A stretch of 64,000 bases of DNA from an uncultured Acidobacteriaceae bacterium (GTDB taxonomy: Bacteria; Acidobacteriota; Terriglobia; Bryobacterales; Bryobacteraceae). How positions within the stretch are numbered: position 1 is the first letter of the stretch; the number at the start of each line of letters is the position of its first letter. The stretch covers positions 3,867 to 67,866 of the forward strand of contig CAWJUK010000027.1 in NCBI GenBank assembly GCA_963846035.1, given 5' to 3'. Under the pieces are notes generated by a model, which saw only the letters and a list, made by a program, of their open reading frames with translations, was not told the origin of the DNA and did not search any database. The translations under genes were made by a program, and so were the position numbers. Of this stretch, positions 31,901-43,369 are shown piece by piece.

Positions 31901-32251
31901 CCGAATCTCGTCGGACCTCTGACCGTGTACGGAAATCCGAACCTTTGGTTCAATACGGCCGCACTCGCTGCGGTCCCGCAGGTAAACGGCGTATATGTTG
32001 CCCCTGGCGATCTCGGCCGCAATCCCATCTTTGGCCCGGGCTTCAACAACGTCGATCTCGCGGTCTTCAAGGATTTTGCGATCACGGAACGAGTGAAGCT
32101 CCAGTTCCGCGGAGAGTTTTACAACATCGCGAATCACCCGCATTACAGTCCGCCGGACACGAACTTCAACGACAGCAACTTCGGAAGAATAACCAGCACC
32201 CTTCTCAGCACCGAGCGGCAGATCGAATTAGTCGGACGTATCTATTTCTGA
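28958..32251 (+). CDS. TonB-dependent receptor-like outer-membrane protein with N-terminal CarboxypepD_reg domain
   Basis: It has a signal peptide. The CarboxypepD_reg segment is ARLEGRVMDPSGAAVPNATVVVTNEATG..IGSYQIAV. The plug segment is ITDLPLNGRNFTQVALLSPGV. A long beta-barrel follows, ending ..VGRIYF. Confidence 0.88.
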   Translation: MLQKCCFAIFSVSILAAVSTTTLWAQGDTARLEGRVMDPSGAAVPNATVVVTNEATGRQTTVTTDPSSGNFAVPALPIGSYQIAVQVTGFKKYTQEVRLDPGQTENAPITLETGQVTETVSVTDEAALVQSASSNINATMNAAQITDLPLNGRNFTQVALLSPGVTRGNPTGNATGAQGNAETFRYGGVGGASLAVNGLPPQANNFMLDGIDNNESLVNTIVFFPPAEAIQEFSVDTSVAPAEFGRAGGAIVNTAIKSGTNEIHGSAFEFLRNSYFDARQTYASTKTLFQRNQFGGTIGFPIIKNKFFLFGDYQGLRQNQPLEPGFVTVPTAAMRTGDFSVLLNPALSGLSAPIVIKSVTTGLPFPGNVIPPGDINKVGQAYLNAFPLPTFTNKVGQNYVTGERQQQTFDDFDVRGDYIVSDKQSMFGRFSFGQDISTTTSEFPNLPAGFGTGSNFNKPRGAVWSDTYTLSSTLVNQLWVGWQREFLGYNPPFGSVPVSANLGIPNANRSPLLGGGALIGGFGSQLEYTGDYGLYGVPENTYQIKDGITKNTGKHTFKFGADIIQRQVNYFRPIAGKGFFNLFGNGTNGAGAATGSTGYEAADILAGFMNNYQLGVQSGYYGTKSWENGFFVQDDWKVSSRLTLNLGLRYDMLTWPTENHNRQSNFDLANGTVLLAGQNGNSRSLVNNDWNNFAPRAGFAYQLTDDGKTVIRGGAGIFYFVDRGGISNQLGQNAPFAGNSTYNYSNGYRFTLAGQAPLNSNNPLASNPAAMPAPGFVGFNPAAPANISIVADLMNNRTPYVTEYNLQIQREVFKDAVFSLAYVADIGKKLPFYYDANQQFFNAPSGAKLYPNLGAVTVQGDRGNSSYNSLQAQFEKRMSNGFQFRGSFTWSKDIDDGAGAFDQPLPQDSFDFAAERGLAAIDQQYVWVADMLYELPFGRGRMFGNGWSRPMDEIFGGWHLNAIWSWESGLPININFGNNERPNLVGPLTVYGNPNLWFNTAALAAVPQVNGVYVAPGDLGRNPIFGPGFNNVDLAVFKDFAITERVKLQFRGEFYNIANHPHYSPPDTNFNDSNFGRITSTLLSTERQIELVGRIYF

Positions 32252-32277
32252 CCTAGGTCGAAGCCGGAACACCACGT

Positions 32278-33987
32278 ATGCGCCCCCGTCAGCTTCTTGC
32301 CCTCGCATGGCTCGCGATCTCCGCGCTTGTTACGGCAGCGGTACTTCAAGCGCAGCCGCCGCGCGAGTGGTGGCAGGACGCCGTCATCTATGAGATTTAT
32401 CCACGAAGCTTCGGCGATACAAATGGCGACGGAATCGGCGATCTGAACGGCATCACGGAGCATCTGGATTATCTAAGCGGGCTCGGAGTCGACGCGATTT
32501 GGATCACCCCGTTCTATCCATCCCCGCAAGTCGATTTCGGCTACGATATTTCGAATTACCGCGGCATCGATCCCCAATACGGAACGATGCAGGACTTCGA
32601 CCGGCTGGTGCGCGAGGCCAAGAAGCGCAATATCCGGGTCATAACGGATCTCGTTCTGAATCACACATCCGACCAGCATCCCTGGTTCCTCGAATCCAAA
32701 TCCTCCCGGACCAACCCCAAGGCTGATTGGTACATCTGGCGGGACGGCAAAGCGAACGGGCAGCTGCCGAACAACTGGGAATCTCTATTCGGCCATTCCG
32801 CGTGGCAATATATCGCGTCGCGAAATCAGTACTACTATCACAAGTTCTATAAAGAGCAACCCGATCTGAACTGGCGAAATCCTGACGTCCGGAATGCGAT
32901 GTGGGATGTCGTTCGCTTTTGGATGGATCGCGGTGTTTCGGGTTTTCGCCTCGATGCGATTACAACACTATTCGAGGATCCGGAATTCCGCGACGAGCCC
33001 TACTTGCCCGGGTACAACGCGTACGGCGATCGCAACATCTCCGAGCAGTACACGGACAACCTGCCGGAGGTCCACGACATCTTGCGGAAGCTGCGCGAGA
33101 TAACCGACAAGTATCCAGGCAGCGTGCTCATTGGCGAAACATATGTCAACAGCACTCAAGATCTGCTTACGATGTACGGCATAGGAAAACCCGAGTTGCA
33201 GCTCCCGATGGATACGCGGCTCGGGATTGGAAACCATCTCTCCGCTTCGTCCTTTCGCCGCCAGCTAATCGATGCCGAAACCAAGCTGAAGGGAAACTTC
33301 CCGCTCTTCGTCTTCGATAATCACGACAATCCCCGCAGTTGGAGCACGTATGGAGACGGGAAGCATAATCTCGCGATTGCAAAGCTGATCGCGACGGTCC
33401 TGCTGACTCCGCGGTGCTCCGCTCTCGTCTATTACGGGCAGGAAATCGGAATGGAAGAACGCACGCCGCAACGGAAGGAGGACGTTCGGGATCCGATCGG
33501 AAAAATCGGTTGGCCAAAGGAGAAAGGGCGCGATGGAGAGCGCACGCCTATGCAGTGGAACGACAACCGCGATGCCGGATTCAGTAGCGCCACCCAGACG
33601 TGGCTTCCCGTAGAGCCGGATTATAAGACGCGCAATGTCGCCATAGAAGAGCAGCAGCCCGATTCGCTTCTGAACTACTACAAAGCGCTGATCCGGCTGC
33701 GCAAAGAGAATCGCGCTTTGCGCGACGGAGATTTCGTTCTTCTCGATCCTGACAATCAGAACGTGCTTTCGTTTCTCCGGAAAGCGCAGGATGGAAACGC
33801 AGTCCTGATCTCGCTGAACTGCACTGGAACGGAGCAGACTGTGAGCTTCCGTCTCGGGGCCGATGGCCTGCCGGCTACTGCGCACATGAAAACGGTGCTG
33901 GCATCCTTTTCGCCGCTTGGCAGCGTTGATGTGAAGCATCTCGCGCTTCCTCCCTTCGGTGCCTACGTAGGCGAAATTGAGCCGTAG
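32278..33987 (+). CDS. secreted GH13 alpha-glucosidase / oligo-1,6-glucosidase-type enzyme
   Basis: It has a signal peptide and these GH13 regions: DAVIYEIYPRSF, GVDAIWITPFYPSPQVDFGYD, GFRLDAITTL, LIGETY, FVFDNHDNPR. Confidence 0.88.
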   Translation: MRPRQLLALAWLAISALVTAAVLQAQPPREWWQDAVIYEIYPRSFGDTNGDGIGDLNGITEHLDYLSGLGVDAIWITPFYPSPQVDFGYDISNYRGIDPQYGTMQDFDRLVREAKKRNIRVITDLVLNHTSDQHPWFLESKSSRTNPKADWYIWRDGKANGQLPNNWESLFGHSAWQYIASRNQYYYHKFYKEQPDLNWRNPDVRNAMWDVVRFWMDRGVSGFRLDAITTLFEDPEFRDEPYLPGYNAYGDRNISEQYTDNLPEVHDILRKLREITDKYPGSVLIGETYVNSTQDLLTMYGIGKPELQLPMDTRLGIGNHLSASSFRRQLIDAETKLKGNFPLFVFDNHDNPRSWSTYGDGKHNLAIAKLIATVLLTPRCSALVYYGQEIGMEERTPQRKEDVRDPIGKIGWPKEKGRDGERTPMQWNDNRDAGFSSATQTWLPVEPDYKTRNVAIEEQQPDSLLNYYKALIRLRKENRALRDGDFVLLDPDNQNVLSFLRKAQDGNAVLISLNCTGTEQTVSFRLGADGLPATAHMKTVLASFSPLGSVDVKHLALPPFGAYVGEIEP

Positions 33988-35833
33988 CAGATACCTGCCC
34001 GTTTTGGCCAGCGTATGCGCGGCATTCGCGCTCGGCAGTCCTGCCGTCACGAAAGTGGAGCCGCCGAACTGGTGGCCGAATCACTCTATTGACCCCGTGC
34101 GGCTCCTGCTCCACGGCTCCGAGCTTACCGGTGCTACTGTATCCCCCTCGCCGGGGTTCAGCGCGAGCCGCGTGTGGGTGAATGCCTCCGGTACATACCT
34201 TTTTTTCGACCTTACAATTCCTGCAGGCGCGAAACCGGGTTCCTATCCGCTCGCCATTCGAACCTCAACCGGACAAACAACCGCTCCGTTCGATCTTAAG
34301 GCCCCGCTCGGTCCCGAAGGGCCGGTTTCAGGGGTTCTCGTCCGACGACGTCATCTATCTTGTGATGCCGGACCGCTTTCGCCGATGGCGATCCCTCTAA
34401 CGATGACCCCGCTGTTTCGCGCGGTCTGTTCGATCGAAGCAAGCCGCGTTTTTACCATGGCGGCGATTTCCAAGGAATCATCGATCATCTTCCGTATCTC
34501 AAATCGCTGGGGATTACCGCTCTCTGGATGACCCCGATCTACGACAATGCGAACCGGCTCAATCCTCATGAAATCTACGGTGGCCAGCCCGCAACAAGTT
34601 ACCACGGTTACGGTGCCGTGGATTACTACGGCGTTGAAGAACATTTCGGCACCCTCGCGCTTTTGCGAAAACTTGTGGATGAGGCGCATCGAAGCGGTAT
34701 TAAGGTTATTCAAGATCAAGTCGCGAATCACGTCGGCCCCGGCCATCCTTGGATAACGGATTCTCCGAAGCCCACTTGGTTCCACGGCACCGCCGCTCAT
34801 CACCTGACCATGAGCGGGCAGATCTGGACGATTGCCGACCCGCGCGCGTCCGCCGAGATGCGGATCCCGGTGCTCGATGGGTGGTTCGGTGGAGTCCTTC
34901 CCGATTTAAACCAAAGCGACCCCGACGTGGCGCAGTACGAGATACAGAATGCGCTGTGGTGGGTAGGAACTGCAGGGTTCGACGGAATCCGGCAGGATAC
35001 GTTACCGTATGTCGATCGCGGATTCTGGCACGTCTGGGAAGCGGCTTTGAAACGCCAGTATCCGCGGCTTCGCGTGGTGGGCGAAGTGCTTGATCCCGAT
35101 CCCGTTGTGACATCGTTCTTTCAAGGAGGAGCGAAGCAGTTCGACGGCATCGATAGCGAGATCGACACGGTCTTCGATTACCCGGGATACTTCCGCCTTC
35201 GAGACGCGTTCTCGCGCGGAGAACCTCTGGAATTCTTGCAGAAGACCCTCGCGAAAGATCGGCTCTATCCCGACCCCGGGTCGCTCGTTACGTTTGTTGA
35301 TGACCATGATGTAGCGCGCTTCATGAGTGAGCCGGGCGCCAGCCTCGAGCGGGCTGAAAACGGCCTTGACCGTGCTGCTCACCATGCGCGGCATCCCGAC
35401 GCTTTACTACGGCGACGAGATCGGGATGCAGGGCGGGGCAGATCCCGACAACCGGCGCGATTTTCCCGGCGGCTGGCCCGGCGACCCGCGGAATGCGTTC
35501 GAGAGCCGGGGCCGCACCACCAGCGAGAACGCAATATTCGACCATGTTCGCAAGCTGACCGCGCTCCGGTCAGAGCTGGAACCCTTACGGCGCGGCAAGA
35601 TGATTAGTCTTACGGCAGCGAAACAAAGCTGGGCCTATGTTCGCGAAACGAACAGTGCTGCCGTAGTCGTCTTGATCAATAACACGGCGGTTAAGGAACC
35701 GATTTGCATCCGTTTGGACCGCAACGGTGACTTTCACGGCCGCTTGGCGCTCGGGAGCGATCTGCGGATTCGAGATGGCGCTGGCTGCGCGGATCTGGCC
35801 CCGCGGTCGGCCGAGATCTACGCCATGCCCTGA
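33977..35833 (+). pseudogene. GH13 alpha-amylase / cyclomaltodextrinase-type enzyme with Cyc-maltodext_N-like domain; three frame breaks (about 34321, 34380, 35352)
   Basis: The gene is split across ORFs 33977..34531, 34182..34400, 34528..35607 and 35327..35833. The joined reading is ..[89 protein letters not shown]..LTVLLTMRGIPTLYYGDEIGM. Each join needs removal of one base (for example TTT to TT at 34377-34379). Confidence 0.85.
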
Positions 35834-35869
35834 TGCGAGCGTCGCGCGACTGAAGCGGAGGCCACGACG

Positions 35870-38800
35870 TTAGTAGCTCTGAATCTGATTCATTTCCCGC
35901 TGAAGCGATTTCCACCGATTAAGCAGCTCATTTTTTGTCTTCTCGTATTCATCGAAGGCCGCGTATTCCTGCGCGGTCGGAGCGGAATCCGCGCTTTCAA
36001 CCGCATTTCCCAGATCCGCAAACTCGGCATCAAGCATGATCGGTTTGACTAACGAAGTGTACAAATTCACGGAGTCAACTTGAACGAGTTGCCCCTCGAT
36101 TTCGGTCATCTTTTGTTCCGCTGCCTTAATGGCCTGAAGTTTCGCAGGGTTCGCGGCTTTCCGCAGGACTTCGAGTACGTCATGCTGCGCGCGTATTGCG
36201 TTAACGGCATCGTGGATTTCGCTGATGCGATCTCTGATTTTCAGCGCCAACTCGTACTGCTTCTCGAAATCCATCTGGCTGATCCGAACCCTGGGGTCCG
36301 GCTTTATTTCAAGAGGGGCTGTGTAGTCCATTGCGTTCGCGCGGAGCCTTACTTCGTATTTTCCGGGAGGGACCAACGGTCCTCCGCCGTTTGCGAGCTC
36401 CAGAACATACATGCCCGGCACAACAATCGGCTCCGCTTCGCGGAAATTCCATGCATACCGATTCATTCCTTGATGAGCGGTCAGGACGACGCTGCGGCGA
36501 TCTAATCCGGCTGATGGGCGGCCGTTCGGAGTGCTCCTTTTCTGCTGTTCGCTGGATGCTCTATGGACAACCTTGCCGCGCGAATCCAAAACTTCTAGTG
36601 TGAGTGGACCAGAAATGGGCGCGCGAATGTAATAGTCGATCAGCGCGCCATCTGGCGGATTTTGTCCCACGTTTTTCGGGGAATTGGCGCCGCCGAATCC
36701 GTCTCTGCCATGCTCCCGGTATGCCACTGCTGGCACATAGAGATGCACGGGTTCGGAAGCCGTTTGAATTTTGGCTTGACGCAACGGAGCGATGTCGTCG
36801 AGCACCCAAAAGCCTCGACCATGCGTCGCTACGATCAAATCATTCCCATGCAGGGCTGTATCGTAGACAGGCGTCGGCGGCAGATTGAGCTGAAGTGATT
36901 GCCAGTTGGTTCCATCGTCCAGCGAAACGTAAAGGCCAAGCTCTGTTCCGGCGTAGAGCAATCCTTTGCGCTGCGGGTCGGCATGTATCGAGTGAACGTA
37001 ATCGTTGCCGGGAATGCCGTTTGTGATGCCCGTCCAGGTCTTACCGAAATCGGTGGTCTTGAAAATCATCGGACGAAAATCATCTGAAAAATGCAGGTCG
37101 GCGGCCGCATAGGCTTTGCCGGCCTCGGATGGCGAGGGTTCAATCATATTTACGCGAGACCATTCGGGTAGCTGTTTGGGAGTCGCCGCCGCCCAGTTCT
37201 TTCCCCCATCTTTCGAAACGTGAATCAGGCCGTCATCTGTCCCCGCCCATAGCAAGTCTTTTTGGACGGGCGATTCCGCCACCGCGAAAATCGTGTCGTA
37301 ATATTCCGCGCTGGAATTGTCGGGCGTCAGAGGTCCGGGAGTGGATTGTTGCTTCGATTTGTCGTTGCGAGTTAGATCGGGACTAATGATTGTCCAGCTC
37401 ATTCCGCCGTTGGAAGTCTTGAAAAGCACCTCACCGCCGAGATAAAGCACACTTGGATCGTGCGGCGAAAGAGCCATCGGCGCTGTCCAATTGAACCGGT
37501 GCTTTAACTCCTCGGCCGGATGGGCGCGGCCGCCGAACGAAGGCGCGATGTTCATCACTTGGCCGGTGTGGCCGTCATATCGAGTGAAATGCCCGGCGTG
37601 GTCGCCTCCATACACGATTTCAAAGTCGCGCGGGTCAGGCCAGTTGTATCCGGATTCGCCGCCAGCAACCGTATGCCAGTCGCGTTCATCTATCCACCCG
37701 CTGTCGCTCCGGCTGCGAATGGCTACGGTCGTGTTGTCCTGCTGTGATCCGTAGATCCGGTAATTAAATTCGTTGTCCGCGGCGACGTGATAGAACTGCG
37801 CCGTTGGCTGGTTAGTTTGTGGAGCCCACGTCTTACCTCCATCTGTTGTAATCGTCGCGCCACCATCATCTCCCTCGATCATGCGCTTGGAATCGGTTGG
37901 ATCGATCCAGAGCGCGTGGTTGTCGCCATGGGGAACCGGAAGGGGGTCAAACAGCCGCCCCGCATCGGTAGAGCGAAAAACCCCAAGATCAAGCAGATAA
38001 ACCGTGTTTTCATCGTTCGGATCGGCGATTACGTGATTCTGGTACCACGGCCGCACCCATATGGGATCGTTGTTCATCATTCGCCAACTTGCGCCTCCAT
38101 CGTCCGAACGATAGAGCGCATTTTCCTTAGCTTCGATGATGGCGTAAACGCGATTTGAATTTGCCTTCGAGACGGCTACGCCGATCCGCCCCAAAATTCC
38201 TGCCGGCAAGCCATATCCTTCGAGATGCTTCCAGTTCGACCCACCGTCGATTGACTTGTAGAGCCCGCTGCCAGGGCCGCCGCTCGTCATGCTCCATGCC
38301 GAGCGCCGCACTTGATACATCCCAGCAAACAATATATTCGGATTGTTGGGATCGAAAGCAAGATCAGTTGCGCCTGTGTTGTCGTCCACGTACAGAATCT
38401 TTTGCCAGGTTTTACCCGCGTCCAGCGAACGAAATACCCCGCGCTCTTGATTCGGACCGAAAGCGTGGCCGACTGCAGCAACATAAATGATGTCGGAATT
38501 ATTGGGATTGACGAGAATTGTAGCGATATGCTGTGTGTCGCGGAGGCCTATGTTGCTCCAGGTCTTCCCGCCGTCAAGAGACTTGTACACACCGTCGCCG
38601 AATGAAATGTCATTTCTCAGGCACGGCTCTCCGGTCCCGACATAGATAATATTCGGGTTCGATGGAACAAGCGCAATGGCGCCGATCGATGAGACTCGCT
38701 CATGGTCGAAAACCGGATTCCATGTCGCACCGCCGTCACTCGTCTTAAACAACCCGCCTGCAACGGCTCCAAAATAGTAGATGTATGGGTTTCCCGGAAT

Positions 38801-38966
38801 ACCCGCTACGGCTTCGACCCGGCCTCCGCGAAACGGGCCCACCAAGCGCCATTTCATTCCATTGAAGAGGGTGCTCGGAACCGATTGCGCAAACGCAGCG
38901 GTCCCGAGTCCATATAAAACCAGCGATCACCGACAAGGCGAATGCCTGGCGCTCCAATCCATTCAC
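35870..38966 (-). pseudogene. BNR/sortilin(VPS10)-type repeat protein (GH74-like glycosidase family); one frame break in the signal-peptide region near 38915
   Basis: The main ORF, 35870..38857, has repeated S.DGG.TW motifs. The signal peptide MNGLERQAFALSVIAGF(I) in ORF 38745..38966 joins to LYGLGTAAFAQSVPSTLFNGMKWRLVGP, which is in the main frame upstream of its first Met. Confidence 0.8.
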
Positions 38967-39010
38967 GCGCGAACATTATTCCTCCCAGAATGCCTCGGAA
39001 TTCCCAGAGG

Positions 39011-39933
39011 CTAAGGCTTTGCAGGCATCGCCGAGTTTTGCAGCTGTGTATAAATCGTCTCTGCGTTATCCGCAAATGTCGCCTGGAACTGGGGATATTG
39101 CCGGAACTCGGAATACTTCGTCATGTTGATGCGATTGCGTATCGTTGCTGCGCTCGCTCCAGAGGCTTGCAGTCTGGCCACCTGTGCGTAAAGATCAGCC
39201 ATGTAATCTCGAAAGCGGGTCGCGCTCGCTCGGTTACCTACTTCGAAATGGCCCGGCACAAAGTGATCCACCGGCAGCGCAAGCATTGCGTCGAGATCGT
39301 GAATCCAGTTCGAACGCACTCCCCTGATCCATCGCAGGAGATGAGTTTGTCAGATAGAGATCGCCGGTTGCAATCGTTCGCTGCATAGGGAAATAAGCAT
39401 AGACGTCGCCCATTGTATGCGCAGGGCCTGCCGAGATTATTTCAACGGGAACGTCGTCAAAATAGATCGTTAGTTTCTTTTCAAACGTTTCCGTTGCGGG
39501 TCGAAACGCCGGCTGTTTGGAGGCGTCTTCGCCGGAATTCGCGCCTTGCCTCTGCATTGTTCGGATCAAAGAAAAGGTTCGCTCTCTCGTGAAGCGTGAG
39601 CTGATGACCACCGCATCCGGGCCCACCACGCCATTCCCGCCTTGGTGGTCCGGATGATAGTGCGTATTGACGATGAACTGCACCGGCAACGAAGAGACTG
39701 AGCGTATTTCGCGAAGAAGTTTCTGCCCCTCCCAGCGGTTCAATCCCGTATCCACTACCAGAATTCCGCTCTGGCCGACAAGAAATGTCGAATTGCTGCT
39801 GTTTATGTTATCGCTGACATACGCAAACAGACTGGGGCCTAACTTTTCGATACGCGGGCGCAGTGCTAGCGCCGAACGGGAGGAGCAGCATCAGCGCTGT
39901 AGCGGGTGGAAATAGCCACGTCCGCATTTCCAT
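39011..39933 (-). pseudogene. secreted metallo-beta-lactamase-fold hydrolase; two frame breaks (about 39858 and 39316)
   Basis: The joined reading is MEMRTWLFPPATALMLLLPFGASTA / PRIEKLGPSLFAYVSDN..ILVVDTG..NTHYHPDHQGGN..GPAHTMGD..AMDQG / VRSNWIHDLDAMLALPVDHFVPGHFEVG. Removing one G from GGGG at about 39316 restores AMDQGVRSNW. Confidence 0.8.
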
Positions 39934-39942
39934 GGATTTGGC

Positions 39943-42900
39943 CTAGAAACTGAGCTTCAAAGCAAACTGGATCAATCGTGGCCCGCCCGAGCCGAGCCCA
40001 ACATTGTTCTGTGCTACATCCGGGGTTTGAAAGATAGCTCCGAAATTAGGCGCCGTCAAGAATATTCCCGGGCAACGCAAAATTCGGATGATTGAAAACA
40101 TTGAAGAATTCCGCGCGGAATTCCAGGTTCATTGTTTCTGCGATCCTCGTGTTTTTCATGAGCGCAACATCGTAATTCCGGAAACCCGGTCCCTCAACGA
40201 TGTTTCGGCCCGCGTTTCCAAACGTTAGCGGCGCGTTTAAGGTGAAGGCCGCGGTGTTGAACCACTGCTGAACCGTACGCGGACCAGAATTCGGATTGCC
40301 GATGAGATCGGGTCGGTCGGTTCCAAGTCCCGTACTGCTTTGATCGGCGCCAGTCAGTACTGAAAACGGCTCGCCGGTTTGCAGCGTGAGGATGCCGGTC
40401 GTTTGCCAGCCGTCCGCAAGGGCGTGGGGCATCTCCGAAATCAGATGTCGAAGCGAAGGAATCTGATAAACGTAGTTCGCCACGAACCGGTGCCGGATAT
40501 CGAAATCGGAAAGCCCCCTTTCCGCCCGAGTGTCGTAATTGTCTTGGGGGAAAATCGTCGTGCCGTTGGCCCCCGATCCATAGAAGACCGAAGCGCCGTC
40601 GATCGATTTTGCATAGGTGTACGCGAGACCAAAATTCAGTCCGTGGCCTGCCTGCTTGTTCAGCTTCGCCTGAAACGCGTTGTAATTCGAACTTACCGTA
40701 TTTTCCGCCTGGAATATTTGTGCGTAGCCGAAGTACGGCACTCGCGCGATGCTCGGGATTGCGGCGATGTTCTGCGAGAGTATTTGGGCCACCGGCGGCG
40801 GAATGCCGATCAGCTCCATGCGGGTAATGACGTCCGGAGTCAGACCGTTGATTTGCGATTGCGTGATGTATGCCTGATTAATCTGCCTGAACCGCGGCAA
40901 ATGCGTCCCCGTCGAGCCCACGTACGCGAGTTCGGCAACCATCTTGCCCGGCAATTGGTGTTGGACATCCAAATTCCAAGCCTGAGAATAGGGACTCGGA
41001 AAACTTGCGGGCGTAATCGTGATTACCGGAAAACCGGAAGGCGCGAACGAGTTGGGCCAGCCGAGCGTCGGTGGCGAATCAAAATAGTCCGGCATAAATG
41101 GAGGGTTCAGCGCAACATTTCCCGGAATCTGCCCCATGACCGTGTCGTAGAAAATTCCGTAACCGGCGCGTACTACTGTTCTCTGCTGCTTGCCGATGCT
41201 CCATGCCAGCCCAATGCGCGGTGCAAAATTTTTTCCGGAAGGATCTATAAAGTCCCCCTTGATTTTCCGTGATCATCCCGGACTTCTCCAGCACGGTCAG
41301 GTCCGTTTGGTCGGCGGTCGGCGAGAGATATTGCGAGAAACGGTCAGGCCGAAATGTTGTGGCCCGGCCGGTCGCGTCGTGCAGAACGGTGTTGTATTCG
41401 TAGCGGAGACCGTAATTGAAAACCAGGTTAGGCTTGATCTTAAAGCTGTCTTGCGCGAAAAAATCATAGCTGGTCGTGCGATAACTGCGCGCCGAGTCCC
41501 CTACGAAATGAAGCGAGCTGCTAGGCAATCCTTCGGCAAAATCGGCGAATGGATTCACGATCCCTTGAAGCGTTCTGTGTTCCGGTAAAAGTAATTTGGC
41601 CGATGAAATCCAGGTCGTAAGTCGTGTTGTCCCGAATGTTGCGAATATCCGTCCCAACTTTCCAGTCGTGGCGCGGCGTCGTATGCGAGAAATGATCGAT
41701 GACTTGGATCATGTTTTGAGCCGAGAGCGTCGGATTATTGTTGTTCGAGCCGAGATTTGAGAAAGCGCCGCCCCCGGATACCAGCCCGCCAGCCATCGTC
41801 AGATTGGGAATGTTGCCGAGATTCAGCGGCGAATTTGCCGGCCAGCCGGTATTAAACCCGTACGCGCTTGCTTGCGGGCCGGCTTGGTTAAATGAACTAT
41901 CCGTGTTGCGTGTAAAGCCTAAACGGACCTCGTTGAGCGATGTCGGACCCAGGATCTTCGTGTAACCCAATGACGCAAGCTGCGTGCCCCCTTTGTCGAA
42001 CGCGCCGTAGCCCGGAATCGCAGTCGTCTCCTGCCCCGGAGCAAATGGATTGAAAATGTTGTAATTCGCGTAGCTGTATCTGGCTGTGATGGCGTCGTTA
42101 CTGCCGGTTCGATGGTCGATTTTGATCAGATATTGGTTGGCCGAATTCGTCAGATTCGGTGACGAGATGAAGTTCCCGCCCGGCTGAAGCGTGTTTGGCT
42201 GAGGATATAAGTTGAAGAGCATTGCCGCGGTCGGATCCAGCGGCAACTGCACTGGATTTCCGGCGGCATCCGTGAAAATCCCTTTTTTCTGCGCATCCGT
42301 CGGTACAATCGTGAGACGCGTGATTCCCGCAACTTGCCGAAAACCCTCATAGTTTCCAAAAAAGAAAGTTTTATCCTTTTGGATCGGCCCTCCTAGCGTT
42401 CCGCCAAATTGATTGAGGCGAAGTTCCGGAGCGGGCGCGTGCGGATCTGCGAAATAATTGCGCGCATCAAATGCATTGTTGCGCAGGAATTCGTAGAGTG
42501 AGCCGTGTAGCTGATTGGTTCCCGATTTTGTAATTAAATTCACCACTGAGCCGCTGTTCCTCCCATACTCGGCCGCGTAATTGTTCGTCTGCACCTGAAA
42601 CTCTTGGATCGAATCTATCGACGGCAGTTGAGATACCGAACCGGCTTGATAGTTATTGTTGTCGATCCCATCAACCATAAAATTGTTTGAGCTGGACCGC
42701 TGGCCGTTGGAGGAATATCCGGAGATTCCGCCTTCGCCGCCCTGTTGCCCTCCGCCTCCGCCAAATGCTGAAACGCCAGCGTTCAGCAAAGCCAGTTGAG
42801 CAAAATTGCGCCCATTCAGTGGCAGCGCTACTACCTGTGTATGATCGATCACTTGGCCCAGATGTTGCGTTTCGGTGTTGACAAGGTTGGCGTTTGCTTC

Positions 42901-43260
42901 CACGCTGACAGTCTGCGTCTGCGAGGCCACCGCCATCGGCAAGTCCACAGTTCGCGGCTCGCCCACCGAGACAATAACCTGATCCACACTGAGCCGCGCG
43001 AATCCGGATTTGTCTGCCGTAAGTTTGTACGTGCCGGCCGGCAGCGCGGGGATGCGGAATGTGCCATTATCGGCGGTGCTCGATGTTCTCGTCAGCCCAG
43101 TGGCAGTTTCGGTGACCACAACCGCGACGCCCGGTACGACGCTTCCCGATGCATCGCGCGCAGTGCCCACGATTTCGCCTTCCGTCGTTTGTCCAGACGC
43201 GCCGCAAACCGTCCCAAAAGCTAGTCCTGCGAACACGACCCACTTCCCGATCAGTTTCAT
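39943..43260 (-). pseudogene. second CarboxypepD_reg / TonB-dependent receptor-like outer-membrane protein; three frame breaks (about 41585, 41247, 40048)
   Basis: The gene is split across ORFs 41521..43260, 41079..41657, 40046..41137 and an unlisted terminal piece that reads NFGAIFQTPDVAQNNVGLGSGGPRLIQFALKLSF-stop (stop at 39943-39945). The N-terminus has a signal peptide, GTARDASGSVVPGVAVVVTETATG, and the plug segment VVALPLNGRNFAQLALLNAGV. Confidence 0.85.
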
Positions 43261-43369
43261 ATTCGATTCCCCTCTGACCTGCCCCTCTTTTCTCGGAACA
43301 CATCATAGTACGACACCGCTAGCAGCGCCGCTGGTGCAGAGGGAGAAACCGTCGCCGCCTTGGCTGTGA

